NCBI GenBank assembly: GCA_951406725.2
Contig: OX597815.1
Location: forward strand, 125,550,001-125,614,000
Direction: 5' to 3'
DNA: 64,000 nt
From: Octopus vulgaris
Taxonomy: Eukaryota
Positions 1-13,754 of this stretch are shown here, in pieces. The notes under the pieces were generated by a model that saw only the letters and a program-made list of their open reading frames with translations, was not told where the DNA came from and searched no databases. Made by a program: the position numbers and the translations under genes. The first letter of the stretch is position 1. Each line of letters begins with the position of its first letter.

Positions 1-262
1 ATGTGCCGTGCTTGAGTAGAAAACCCATCAAGCCAAGTGAAATCATAGTTGTGGCAGACACTGGTGTCATGCAACTGGCACCCATGCTGGTGGCACGTAA
101 AAGCAGCCAATGCACTCTTGGAGTGGGTGGCATTAGGAAGGGCAGCCAGCTGTAGAAACCAAGCCAAATCAGACCAGAGACTGGTGCAGCCCCTCAGCTG
201 ACCAGCTCTGGGCAAATCATACAACCCATGCCAGCATGGACAATGGACATTAAATGATGATG
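1..262 (+). mobile_element. 3' part of an RTE-related LINE/SINE ending in a (TGA)n tail
   Basis: Ends caacccatgccagcatggacaatggacattaaatgatgatg; a reverse-complement copy of the same 3' end occurs at ~7170-7335. Confidence 0.6.
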
Positions 263-294
<32 letters not shown>

Positions 295-325
295 CATCAT
301 CATCATTTAATGTTCATTGTCCATA

Positions 326-364
<39 letters not shown>

Positions 365-954
365 ATAAATCAATAGATAGTTGATTGATAGATATACAGA
401 CAACTATCTTCTACATTCTACATATCAACGTAGTTATCTCCCTTGTATTTCTATTCAGCTGGATGCTGTCAGAAACGTACTGTTCAACACGATGGAAACA
501 ATACACATTTATGTAAAGCGGCATTTTGGTATCTAAGGCTGAGCAACAAGCTACTACATTCAACTTTCTCCTTTATCAATAATTTTTTTCATTAATTGCT
601 ATTTATTCCTGCAGATCTCCATTGTCCACACAGCTAGAGTTCATTTCAGTTTTGATAGAATCAAATAAATGCATTTTTCAGTTTATTACAGGTCATCTTT
701 TTCAGAGATAGAATTGTAATTAACACTAATTAGCACTGCCAACCAACAAAAATATGAACAGAATCAAATTTTATCAATCATTGCTACACTTGACAAAACT
801 GCAAAGTGAATTTGCTTCTTTGAGAGACAGTTAAGTATGTTGGTCATGGACAGACACAACACACAGACAAGGGAGACCAGATATCAAGCATTACTGGGTG
901 TCTGGGTCTTTATTGATTCATCCATCCATACTCTTATTGAATTGTAACACATAC

Positions 955-1395
955 GACCACCACCACGACCACGACCACCACATTCTCCTCCTCGTCATCG
1001 TCATCGTCATCGTTGTCATCATCATCATCACAATTATCATCATCATCATCATCATAGCTATCACTAATGTTTTCTTCACATTTATTGCAATCATCATTTT
1101 AATGGACCCCATGGCCACTCTTATAATTCCACCACCACCACCACCACCACCGCTACCACCACTACAACCATCACTATTACCAACAATATCATACTATCAT
1201 ATACCACAACCACTCCCACTATTGCCTCCACTGCCACCAACACTGCTGTTGTTACTGTCACCACCACCATCACCACAATCAACATCACCACTACTACTCC
1301 CTTCCTCCTACTCCCTCCTCTTCCTCCTCCTCCTCTTCCCTCATCATCATCATTTTAATAAAAACTGTTATAACCACTATCAATTTAATGGCTAT

Positions 1396-1430
<35 letters not shown>
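955..1430. repeat. Compound trinucleotide (CAC/CAT/CCA/CTC) and (ATTT)n low-complexity tract
   Basis: Directly visible; explains ORFs 898..1458 and 918..1118. Confidence 0.9.
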
Positions 1431-1622
1431 TATTTTTCCAGGCAGATGTGATGATTAGGTTCACCCTGACATTCACTATAATCCTTTATCCTTAGCATTC
1501 TAAGGTCTGACTTCTCTACTCCTACCTTGAACTTTATTCACTGCACCCCTGCTGTGAATAAATAAATTCTACAATCATTATAGTGCACATGCATGCATAT
1601 TCATGTTCACACACACACAATC

Positions 1623-1688
<66 letters not shown>

Positions 1689-1692
<4 letters not shown>

Positions 1693-2107
1693 TTGCCGTC
1701 GACTTACGACCACAATTGGTTCTGACTAACTGGTCGTAAGTCGGCCTATAGGCCTACATAGCTTTGTTTTATATTTTTACATTCTTAATGTACATTCTCA
1801 GGTAAAAGTCACACACAACATTATACTGGCATTAGTAAGATTTTTGGGAGTTTCAAGCAGTCGTCTTATAAACATTGAGGTTGCCTCAATGTCTCCACGA
1901 CAGTCATCCAACACAGTGGCGACCGATAGCCAAACCTAGAAGAAGCCTTTGTTAGCTGACATCACCCGTAGACGGATTAATTTCTAAGAAATTAAACCCA
2001 TTAGATTTCAGCTGGACTGTTTATTATTGCTGCCGGGAGCTGGTGCGCCAATAGTCGTAAAGTCGATCGGTTGTAAGTCGGATAGGTCGTAAGTCGGCGA
2101 CGACCTG
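1689..2107. mobile_element. pogo/Tigger-type MITE inserted in (TA)n
   Basis: TIR taggttgccgtcgacttacgacc matches the reverse complement of ggtcgtaagtcggcgacgacctg; subterminal gtcgtaagtcg repeats; TA on both flanks. Confidence 0.75.
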
Positions 2108-2145
2108 TATATATGTATATCTGTAATTTTTTTGACTAATATATA

Positions 2146-2540
2146 TGTGTCAGTTAGAGTCTTGAGTAAAGCATATTCACAGTCTGGACTACCTGGAATC
2201 ATCCATGGTTGGGACATGTTTTCTCTACATCCACGTTAGGAATTCCGCAGTTTTAGTTGAAATAATAACTGATGAAAGAAAATGAAGGTAGATTTAGCAC
2301 TAGTCTTTATTCAGTATGATGATCGTATTGACCCATCCTGCAACTGTCCATTGCGGGTAGAATATTGTGCATCTAATTGTATTGCATCAATCCGTGCTGT
2401 TGGTGTCACATGAAGTACATGCATGGAACATCCCTTTCGTTTATGCAATTAACAAACAGCTGCAGGATGGGTTGAAATGATCGCTATACTGAATAAAGAC
2501 CAGTGTTAAATCTATCTTCCGTTTCCTTCATCAATTATTA
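2146..2540. mobile_element. Fold-back mini-element, probably PLE-derived, with a hammerhead 3' half
   Basis: 85-bp inverted arms 2263-2347 and 2456-2540; arm consensus cGAAA-c-GATC-g-TC followed by AATAAA; right arm abuts (TA)n. Confidence 0.7.
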
Positions 2541-2541
2541 T

Positions 2542-2629
<88 letters not shown>

Positions 2630-3196
2630 GTATATAGACATATACTAGACCACCCTGACCCGTTGGGTCACCGGGAAACTCTGAGTTTCCCAGCAATGAA
2701 GTTTTGCTGTGTGGGTTTTTTCTTCTCCAGGTTATTTCGCATGCTTTTAACGAATGTGATATCGAAAATCACGTGTAGACAGCAACTTTCCCCCAGAAAA
2801 GGAAAGATTTGGCTTCTATTTCTTGCACACCCTGCTACCATATAACAGGTATTTTGGATCCTTTATCGCTGTTACGTGGTAGCAGGGCGTTCTAGAAATA
2901 GCAGCCAAATACGTTGAATGCACTCGGAAAAAAAAAACTCAGTCTAATAGAAGATAAGTTTTTTTTTCAGGATGAAGATTATTTTCGGAGAGTTTTCCTA
3001 TTATGCACCGTTTTGGCTATTTATACCCTGAAAATCTCTAATATCTCGAAAACTATTTCACCTATTTACGCGAAACTTGTTTCATTCGATTCGTATTAAC
3101 ATTTCAGGGTAAACTTAATTCATGGTATTTTCCCATTATGCGCCAGTTTCGCTAACATTGCAAGCAAGTAAGCAAGATTGAAACTGACTTTTAATG

Positions 3197-3346
<150 letters not shown>

Positions 3347-3775
3347 GATAAAATTGCATCTAATGATATAATGTAATACATTCATACAAAAAGTTCTAAG
3401 GCTGGCTTATCACTAAAAGTCTGACTTGAACTGCAACTAATAAACAAAAGTTGCCCACCAACAAAAGGAAATTATTAAGGATATTCCCTAATTCTTTGAT
3501 GATGGAACAGATAACTGCTAACATCTTTTAGTAAAGATATTCTTTAATTCTTCTCTCTACAGACAGAATAGTTGGCTTTTATATGGAAATCTTTTCTCAA
3601 AGATATATGCACTATATGCACAGCTATTCTAGAAACACCTGTAAGAGACTTTATGAACAACTACTTAATTATTTATTTACTCTGCAATCATGTTTGCATT
3701 ATAAATACCATGCTCTAAAGTGATACCACATGTTTTTGCCTGTTCATTCTTTTAAACACACACACATACACACAC

Positions 3776-3806
<31 letters not shown>

Positions 3807-3845
3807 CATATCTATTTATCTGTCTATTCATATGTGTGTGTATGT

Positions 3846-4150
3846 GGAGGCACAATGACCCAGTGGTTATGGCAGCGGACTCGCGGTCGTAGGGTCGCGG
3901 TTTCGATTCCCAGACTGGGCGTTGTAAGTGTTTATTGAGTGAAAACACCTAAAGCTTCACGAGGCTCTGGCAAGGGGTGGTGGTGATCCCTGCTGTACTC
4001 TTTCGCCACAACTTTCTCTCACTCTTTCTTCTGTTGGCCTGCTCGCTTAGACAACGGGGTGGCGTCATTTGAAGGCTAAAACAATGTGAAGCGCATTGTG
4101 ACCACTGATGTGTAGCAACATCTGATAGCCTGGTCGGTCACGGGATCACG
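3846..4150 (+). mobile_element. tRNA-derived SINE
   Basis: A-box-like tgacccagtggtta and B-box-like ggtttcgattccc; ends in (TA)n. Confidence 0.75.
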
Positions 4151-4197
4151 TGATATATATATATTTATATATATGTATGTATGTATATGTATATGTA

Positions 4198-5013
4198 CAG
4201 GGTACGTTGGGTAAATTGTCGCCATTTTATATTTTTAATTTCATGTATGCGCATTGTTTGTTTTTGATTTTGACAAACTATCGTAGGGTCAGTTGGGCAC
4301 CGTCTGTAAGAAAAACAGCGCACCATGATGCAATTCACTCTCTCAGAAATTTGGAAACTCCAATACGAACATTTCAGAGTGTTTGAGTGTCAATCTGAGG
4401 ACATGTACCGAGAGTGACAAAAACCAAACATTCAGTCAACATTACGGTGTTTGGAAGTGATCACTAGTGATGGCGACGTTATGCCTCTATTCATCTTACC
4501 ACACGGCCTCAGACTCAACGCGGAGGCCCAGAGGAGGTAGTGGTGCCCTGGGTTAAGAAGGTGGCTGCTGGAAGACCCTATGTCTAGCAACAGGATTCTG
4601 CACCATGCCACACAAGCAGGAGAACCCAGTCATGGATGTCAGACAATTTCTGCGACCACATCACCCTCAACATCTGGCCACCTAACTCCCCAGACTGCAA
4701 CCCCTTTGATTATTATGTGTGGGGCACAGTTGAGCGAGAGAACAACAAAACTCCTTGTAACACAAAAGATGAACTGAAGGCAAGGATTATGGCAGCATTC
4801 ACTAACTTAAACAAGGAGAACGTCCAGAAGTGTTGCAGGAGATTCCGAAGTCGTTTGGAGGATGCTGTTGAAGTCCAATGGCAATTTTATTGACTAAATT
4901 TAGTATTTCAAGATATTTTAATGTAATTTTTGTAAATATATATGTTAAAATGAGATGTCAGTGTTATTTTCATTTTTGCGTAATTTAGACGACAGTTTGT
5001 TCACCGCACCCTA
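4198..5013 (+). mobile_element. Internally deleted DD37D (maT) Tc1/mariner transposon
   Basis: Imperfect TIRs cagggtacgttgggtaaattgtcg / cgacagtttgttcaccgcacccta with TA flanks; QDSAPCH...WPPNSPDCNPFDY has 37 residues between the last two Asp. Confidence 0.85.
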
Positions 5014-5019
5014 TATATA

Positions 5020-5176
5020 TTGGTAAAAACAGTAAGATAACAAAAGAAAGAGACCTCAATATTATGTAAATAGAGGAAATTTATCTGTAAAATAATATGT
5101 GACAATTATTTCGGCATCTGAAGCTCAGAGTTTTATCTTGGCTATTGAATAATTGTCACATATTATCTTACAGATA
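5020..5176. mobile_element. Fold-back mini-element, probably PLE-derived
   Basis: Arms 5081-5109 and 5148-5176; left arm reads ccGAAA-t-AATT-g-TC on the minus strand; (TA)n on both sides. Confidence 0.6.
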
Positions 5177-5194
5177 TATATATATATATATATA

Positions 5195-6466
5195 TCAGGT
5201 TGAGTAAAAAGTAAACAACGTTTTGAATCATGAGGAATTTGTGCCGGACTTTTGCAGAGTTTTTAAGTTTTTTAAAACAATTTTTTGCAATTGTCTTATA
5301 AAGCAGACATAGAATTGCCGAAATGCATCAATAAACTAGTATTGATATTTTTTTCACCGTTGTTATGGAACTGTTAAAGCGCGATATTCAAGCAATTTTT
5401 CTATTCAACATCAAAAAAGGACGTAAAGCAGCTGACATTGCTTGAGATATCAACGAAACTTTTGGTGAGTTAATGATCAGTGAGTGGTCAGCTCGAAAAG
5501 GATTTTAACCATTTCGCAATGGAGGCCTAAGCCTTGAAGATCGTGAGCATAGTGGACGCCCATCTGTCGTCAATGACGGTCAATTAAAGACTGTCAATGA
5601 GAAAGATCCACGTAAAACCACTCGAAAACTCTTAAAAGAACTTCAAGTTAGCCAGAAAACAGCCTGCAACCATTTGCATGCGATCAGAAAACTAAAAATG
5701 CTCGACAAATGAGTACCGTATGATTTGAATGAAAATCAGAAAAATGCACAGATGTGAAATTTGCTCGTCGCCTCTTCTCCGTACCCAGTCCGATCCATTT
5801 CTCGACCGTATTGTAACTTGCGATAAAAAGTGGATTCTGTACAATAATAAGAAAACGTTCTTCGCAGTGGTTGGAACAAATTGAAACACCGAAAACTTTC
5901 CCTAAACCTTAGCTCTTCAAAAAGAAGGTTATGGTGACTGTTTGTTGGTGTACTGCTGGACTCATCCATAATAACTTCTTAAAACCCGGAAAAACCATTA
6001 CTGCAGAAACATATTGGCATGAAATTGCCAAAATGAACGAAAAACTGCTACTTGTCGGTCCCTGACTGGTCAACAGAAGAGGGCCAATCATTCTTCATGA
6101 CAATGCTCGACCACACATTTCATTGATGATGCTCTAGAAGTTGAGGGAACTTGGCTACAAAGTTCTTCCCCACCTAGCTTATTCCCCAGACCTTTCTCCT
6201 ACCGACTACCACTTTTTCAAGCACCTTGATGGTTTCCTGCGAGAGGAGTTAAAAAATCAAACCGATGCAGAAAGTGCGTTCAAAGAGTTCATCAGCTCCA
6301 GAATTCCAGATTTCTATGTTACCGGAATAAACAAACTTGTTACTCGTTGGCAAAAATGTTTTGATTGTAAAGGTGCTTGCCTCGATGAATAAAATTTCCG
6401 CTTTGTTGAAATATATTGTGACGAATTTCATGTTTCAAAACGTTGCTTACTTTTTACTCAGCCTGA
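5195..6466 (+). mobile_element. Full-length mariner (D,D34D) element with disrupted transposase
   Basis: TIRs tcaggttgagtaaaaagtaaacaacgttttgaa / ttcaaaacgttgcttactttttactcagcctga; TA TSD; about 1.27 kb. Confidence 0.93.
5365..6392 (+). pseudogene. Mariner transposase pseudogene
   Basis: Motifs (W>stop)VPYDL, HDNARPH and YSPDLSPTDYHFF, with stops and frameshifts. Confidence 0.9.
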
Positions 6467-6483
6467 TATATACATGTATATAT

Positions 6484-6747
6484 TCTTTTATTCTTTTCCT
6501 TGTTTCAGTCATTTGACTGCGGCCATGCAGGAGCACCGCCTTTAGTCGAAGAAATCGACCCGAGGACGTATTCTTTGTGAGCCTAGTGCAGGAGTTGCTG
6601 TCTGATAGGAAGCTTGCTTCCCAAACATGTGGTTCCGGGTTCAGTCACACTGCGTGGCACCTCGGGCAAGTGCCTTCTACAATAGCTTCGGGTCGACCAA
6701 AGCCTTGTAAGTGGATTAGGTAGGCGGAAACTGAAAGAAACTCATCG
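6484..6747. mobile_element. Two abutting SINE fragments in opposite orientation
   Basis: tgtttcagtcatttgactgcggccatg motif (also at ~38890 in reverse and ~61985) joined to a tRNA-like head with ggttcagtcacactgcg. Confidence 0.6.
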
Positions 6748-6757
6748 TGTGTGTGTG

Positions 6758-6815
<58 letters not shown>

Positions 6816-7077
6816 CACACACACACTCGAGGGAGTTGAAAGCTCCTGGCTTTGGGTAACAGAAAATGCAGAAGGACCAGTTAATTATGATTTTATTCAA
6901 CATATTTCGCTTTTAGATTCACATACTTATTGCTGCACTCCTCCAGTTTTTCCAAGCCCTGTAAAAGAACTTGGAATGCTGGGTCTCCAGCCAGGATATT
7001 CGCAATACCTTTAAAGCCAGCAAGTTTTCAGCACCACACACATACACACACGCACACATGCACACACGTATATATAT

Positions 7078-7156
<79 letters not shown>

Positions 7157-7169
7157 TATGTATATATAT

Positions 7170-7335
7170 CATTATCATCATTTAACGTCCATTTTTCAAG
7201 CTAGCATGGGTTGGATGGTTTGACAGGAGCTGACCAGCTGACGGGCTGTACAGGCTCCATTGTTTGTTTCGGCATGATATCTATGGCTGGATGTCCTTCC
7301 TAACACCAACCACTTTACATAGTGTACTGGGTGCT
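7170..7335 (-). mobile_element. RTE-related SINE/LINE 3' fragment
   Basis: Reverse complement of the family at 1-262 (catcatttaacgtcc...gcatgggttgg). Confidence 0.6.
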
Positions 7336-7656
7336 GTAAAGTGGTTGAAGTTTATATGTTTATATTTATGTATATAATTGCATGTGTGCGTGTTTGTGTG
7401 TGTAATGTGTGTGGTATAAAAACAGGAGAAATAATTCTCAGTATATGCAGTAGCGGTTATTTTATTAAGTTTGAAAATAATCTGAAACTCTCTGAAGCCT
7501 GGGTAAAAATCTTGCTCTCACTCACTCATGCACACCTACACACACACACGTGCACACACATACACGCGTATATACACAACTTGGAGTTGTTTAGCTTATG
7601 ACTTCATCTGCTATTATGAGTTGAAGCTAAAACAATTGTCATACTACATGATCTTT

Positions 7657-7737
<81 letters not shown>

Positions 7738-8069
7738 CACGCACACACACGCACACACACAGATATATTCACTTTCACTCATTGTGTGATAATATTTTTA
7801 TAATGCTAAAATCGAGAGTCCATTTGTCTGCATGTTGCACGATTTCATAAATAGTAAAATAAATACAATTATCTATCTGAAAGTTTTTGGAAGAGAAGAA
7901 AAGAAACTAAAATATATATTATTTATCAATCGATTAGATAAAGATTAGTCATAAGATGGTTCAAAAAATTACTTATCAGAAATTTCTGACTATTTGCAAT
8001 TATACATTATTAGCGACATATGAACAACTGAGACTGCACTTCGGCTATAAATTATTTTGACTAATGTAC

Positions 8070-8126
8070 CTTTTAATACAATCCTGTTTGTTGAAAACTT
8101 CAGCATCATTTTTGAGGCCTGTAACC
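8070..8126 (-). CDS. Candidate 57-nt symmetric internal exon of unknown gene
   Basis: Acceptor ttttctgttttcag| and donor AAG|gtacat; open as VTGLKNDAEVFNKQDCIK or LQASKMMLKFSTNRIVLK; no homology recognised. Confidence 0.3.
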
Positions 8127-8146
8127 CTGAAAACAGAAAAATGTTG

Positions 8147-8208
<62 letters not shown>

Positions 8209-8437
8209 CACCACCACCACCACCATTGCCAACGCAGCTATCACCACTGCTACTGCCACTGACACTACTACAATGCGCTTGTATTTCTTTAGCCGTTTTC
8301 CTTTCTTGATGGATATCTTACTCGAAATATAAAGAGTTATTCATAAGTTAACACTCAAATATCTTATTACTTTAATATTTACACATTCTTTCACATGCAA
8401 AAAGCTTTACAAACCAACTCAATTTAAACACGCACAC

Positions 8438-8479
<42 letters not shown>

Positions 8480-10016
8480 ACACGCACACACAAAGATAGA
8501 TGGATAACGATAAATTGTTGTTAGCTGCTAAGAGCAAAATTATTTGTTCTGGCTGCGTGCTGCTCCAATATAAAACGAAGTACGATATTTAGTTTTCAGT
8601 AACACACTTATTTACTGATAAATGTTATAATAATTACTTTATATAAACCGTTATGCCGACTACAAGCAGATAGTGTGTAGAGGAGTAAATATTGTATTCG
8701 CATTTGGCGACAAGAGAAAGATGATTAGTCTTAGTGCTTGGTGAGATATGGAAATGTATGTTTGACGAGTGGACTTCTTTCAACACGTGGCCAGCGTGCT
8801 ATAACTGCTGGTTGTTCCCCCCCCATAAAACCTCTGCGGTCCTTTGCGACTGCTTTCACTCCCCTCTCATCCCCTGTGAGTGTTCTCTCTCTTCTGCATC
8901 TACGACCATGATATGGTGCGAAACTGCATGGAATTTTCCATTACCCCTAACACCGACACACATGCCCCAGAACAACAATTGGTTGAAATACAGTCTAAGA
9001 ATACTCGATAAGGACTGACATTGACAAATATAGAAACTGACCTGCTGTGGCCCTTTTCTGGTTACAGAACTGACAAGGTTTCGAATGCTAAATACTGCTA
9101 CAATATTTTGTCTTTGCTATTCGTAATAGCTTCTTATTTACTGTATAAGAAATGTTCGTTCTTCTTAGTTTTCAGGACTACATGAAAATGAAGTATATTT
9201 CTCACGTCAGAATTAATTTTTTTCTGGATCAAAAAGTGAATCTTTGTCAAAAATGTTAAAGTGTCTTTTAAGGGTAAAAAAGGGCAATTTTTTTATGGCC
9301 TCTAATTTCAGTGATCGCCAAGTCATACATAAATTCGATGGCTTGCACAAAAGATTGTTCTCCTTGCAAAGATGATTCCTAATGATTTTTTTTTTCTTGT
9401 AGAAATCTCTCTTGATACACTTCCATAGTATCTCTCTTCTCAATGCGGTTCTTCACTAAACTTTACATCTCTTCAACTAAGACAAAATAATATACGACAA
9501 AGAAGGCCGTCGTTTTGTTGACCAGTTTCTGTTTTTATGTATTTTCTGTTAATCGCTCTAATCCTTTTCGATTAAAATTCGATGTACCTAAGAAATGATC
9601 AGCGATACTTTGCTCACGTTAATTAGGAATTTAATTAAAATATTTGGTGAATCAAAGTTCAATGGTGACAACATTACTCAAGATAATTTATAGTACCTGG
9701 CAGGCACTGTACACGTTCATTAATGGTTTTATTTTGTAGGGAAAAACATTCATTTTCTGGCAAGGAAACTACATACCTTTGACAAGGTACTTTCCTGGGT
9801 TTCCGTTTCCAGGGATTTATGAAAGTGAAAATATGGCATTTTGGTCATATTTTCTACATGAAATGTTATATTTTCAACAACGTTGAAATGTTAACAGTTT
9901 TATTGATGATGTCGGAAAATGACATGATTTCCAAGCTAAGTTCCGAACTACACAAAGGCGTCTGCACTTAAATTAAACGAGACATATTTCATGTAAAACA
10001 CACACACACACACGTT

Positions 10017-10070
<54 letters not shown>

Positions 10071-10373
10071 CATACATATACACACACACATCAAAAATAT
10101 TGGCGGACTTATGCGACATAAACCTCACCTGCCCAACTTGCTTTTATCTAATATATTTGGGATAAGTTTCCCTACTATTCTAAAAAAAAACCAAAAAAAC
10201 ACAGCAAGCAAGCGAGCAATAATTTTTCATTTCATTTCTAATCAAATTTTTAGGCATCCCTCATAGCCTTCTTTTTGTTTACGCAATTAACATTAACTTT
10301 TCAATTTTTGATATTTTTCCAGTTTTTTTTCTGCATTAGAGGATTAAAACAAGATAGTACAACTTACATTTAT

Positions 10374-10560
10374 GGTTAGGATTTTAGGGGTTGGGGATAA
10401 GGGTTGAAGATAAGGGTTGAGGATTAGAGTTAGCGTTCAGGGTTAAGGTTTCGGCTTAGTGTTAAAACTAGTATTCAGTGTTAGAGGTCAAGGTTAACGT
10501 TTAATATTTTACGATAAGGGTTAGTTTCAAGTTAGGCTGGAATGTTTAGGATTGGAGTTA
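10374..10560 (+). repeat. Degenerate TTAGGG-like repeat tract
   Basis: Run of ttaggg/taaggg/ttagag/ttagcg/tcaggg hexamer variants. Confidence 0.65.
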
Positions 10561-10793
10561 CACACAAGGAATAAATATTTTAAAATATTTAATTTAGATT
10601 ATATTTACAGCATTTATTGTAATTTCATAATACATAATACAACTCAGAAATGAAGTAAAGCTAAATATAACTGACTATACATGTGGATTGAACTAGCTAT
10701 CAGGACTTCGCCACGATGCAAATGGTATATATGTAATTGTACACACACACACACACACACGCACACATAATATATATATATATATATATATAC

Positions 10794-10832
<39 letters not shown>

Positions 10833-10896
10833 AATATATATATATATATATGTATATATTATGTGCATATATATTTGTATATTTGCTTCTCTCTCC

Positions 10897-11131
<235 letters not shown>

Positions 11132-11255
11132 TGAATCTTGTGTTTTAACTTGTCATGAAATGTTCTGAAGTGTTGTGTGGTCGTTATGTTACAGCACAGT
11201 TATATTTATGAGAATATGTATATATTCATAAGTATATTCATTCATATATGTGCAC

Positions 11256-11307
11256 CAGATGATGTAGCTTCGCTTATGTAACTAACATAGATTACGAAAC
11301 AGCTGTC
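11256..11307 (+). ncRNA. Degenerate minimal hammerhead ribozyme (PLE type)
   Basis: cAgatga (U4>A), stem II with tatgt/acata, GAAA-c-AGCT-g-TC, AATAAA at 11317; stem I does not pair. Confidence 0.5.
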
Positions 11308-12654
11308 AATTAATGGAATAAACTTCTCTTTTTCTTACATACTCTCCATCATTGTGATTCCTGGATTTTCAGAACGAGGGCGAGATTACATTCTGGCCTT
11401 AACCACCGTCTTTCTCGATAACCACACACTAGGCGGGAAGTTTACTGTAAGCTCTGTTTGATTCTTTGAATCCCTATCCGTAGAATCTATCTGTCAATAT
11501 ATACACATATGTGTGCGTGTGTGTGTGTGTGCAGGCGCGCTAGTATCCCTGTGAAAATTTACATAGTGTGTATGTGTGTGTGCGCACGCGCATGTGTATG
11601 CATATGTGTGTATATATATGTATATAGACGTATATATATATGTGTATGCCTGAACGCATGTTTAATAGAACGGAGGTATACACACACATATTCAGATACA
11701 TAATTATATACACATATATACATACACACATATATTCACACATATGTAATATACGCATGTATGTATGAATATGCATACGTATATATACTTGTGCGTGCCT
11801 TAGTGGGTGTACGTGTAGGTGGCGTGTGTGAGTATGTGTGTATACGTATATTAATACAAAAGAAATATTTGCTACGCTAGTATTGATTTCGGATAAATTT
11901 CCCACACTAGCGGCATCATACTTTTTGGATCCATGTCATAAATAATGCACTGTGGTAATTAGACAGCGTTAATTACGATGTCATTGCAGATGTCTGTTGT
12001 AGGCATCTCTTTTGTTAAGTCTTTTTAGCCAATATTATTAGAAGCACAAGCTTCCTATTTATTCGTTCTATTTTTATATTCTTACAGTAATTATAATCAA
12101 TTTATCATCTGTTTAGTTATTAGTTATATTAGTTTTTGCCATGTTTGTTATTCATTTGCTTCTGTTCTTGACTCAAAGATGATATTAAAAGAAAAAATAA
12201 AGAAGCAAGTATAAAAATATAAGTAATAATTTCTTTTGCTTTGGCACAAGAATTCTCTGCTTACCTTTTGTGTGTGCGCGCGTGTGGTTATGCATAATTT
12301 TTTTTTCAGCTTCAAGGCATACAAGATATTGAATCTTTTATTCTATATTGAAACCCTCGAAGGCGACGAATTGGCAGAGTGCTTAAAGTATTGGATTGAA
12401 TGCTTATACGGAAGGTATTTGTTCCAAGTCTCTGAGTTCCGCGTTCAAATCTTATCGATCTCAACTTTTCATTTCCTCATTTCGGTTTCCATAAGAATAA
12501 AAAAAGAACTGTAGTACTAAGTGCAGAATAACGTTAAACGAGACAGGCTAAGGCAGCTGTTCCGAACTTTTACCTTTCCGTTTTGACAAGAAGAAATTGC
12601 ACAGGCTCCAAGTATCAGCTTTAAAGCGGTGATCTTTCACTTGAATAAACATTT

Positions 12655-13061
12655 TATTTTTTTATTGCCCATAGGGGGGGCTAAACATAGAGGGGACAAA
12701 CGAGGTGTTTAAGTCGACCACGTCGACTCCAGTGCGTAACTGGTATTTATTTAATCGACCCCGAAAGGATGAAGGGCAAAGTCGACCTCGGCAGAGTTTA
12801 AACTCAGAACGTAACGGCAGACGAAATACCTATTTCTTTACTACCCACAAGGGGCTAAACATAGAGGGGACAAACAAGGACAGACAAACGGATTAAGTCG
12901 ATTACATCGATTCCAGTGCGTAACTGGTACTTAATTTATCGACCCCGAAAGGATGAAAGGCAAAGTCGACCTTGGCGAAATTTGAACTCAGAACGTAATG
13001 GCAGACGAAATACGGCTACGCATTTCGCCCGGCGTGCTAACGTTTCTGCCAGCTCGCCGCC
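12655..13061 (-). mobile_element. tRNA-derived SINE with Nin/Deu-like central domain and internal duplication
   Basis: Reverse complement of the family at 62396; core atcgaccccgaaaggatgaaaggcaaagtcgac occurs twice. Confidence 0.8.
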
Positions 13062-13236
13062 CAAACATTGAATATTAATATGAATATTAAATGTATAATG
13101 AATATAATATATGAATATTAAATTAATACATGGTGCCTAGTCAAGATTGTAGATATCTATAGTCTATCATGACCAACGGGGTTCTAGATATTGAAGTCTT
13201 ACGTAGAACAAGGCTGAGTTAATTTTATAATGGATA

Positions 13237-13754
13237 TCTATATATATAAAACTGTAGTTGTGTGAGTGTCTGTCCCCTTCAATTTAGATTCCTAACTCCT
13301 CCCACATTTTGCGGTGCAGTTTAACCAAATTCGGGTATCTTATAGTCGTGATTCATATCGAGCCCGTCTGAGTATTAGCGCGCGTCTACGATGAGTCTAC
13401 GATTTAAAAAATAATTTAACATCATTTTTTTATTCCATTTTACTGCATAATTTTTCGTGTGTCGATGGCGGCGGAGTTGGCGTCCACGCCCAAACACCTG
13501 CACCTGTGTTTTCTTCTCCCCCTTCTTCCCTCCCTCGTGAAGCTGTGGGGAAGGGAGTGTAAGGAAATCAACGTCGTAAAGCGTTGTCAAGGAGACCAGC
13601 GTTCTTTTAGAACAACGACTTCATGGCTTGAAGACACCAAAACAGAAATGGCTAAGAAAGCCCGAATTGGCATATATAAGGGAAGTAACTCTCTAAAAAT
13701 GCTTATATAGTTATTTCCCTTACAAACCCGAGCAACGCCGGGCGATACTGCTAG
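13237..13754 (+). mobile_element. Non-autonomous Helitron
   Basis: 5' TC, subterminal hairpin cccgagcaacgccggg, 3' CTAG, inserted between A and T with no TSD. Confidence 0.85.

Noticed and set aside
459-512. Possible plus-strand 54-nt exon (GCCQKRTVQHDGNNTHL)
   Set aside because: Weak donor (gtaaag) and no recognisable homology.
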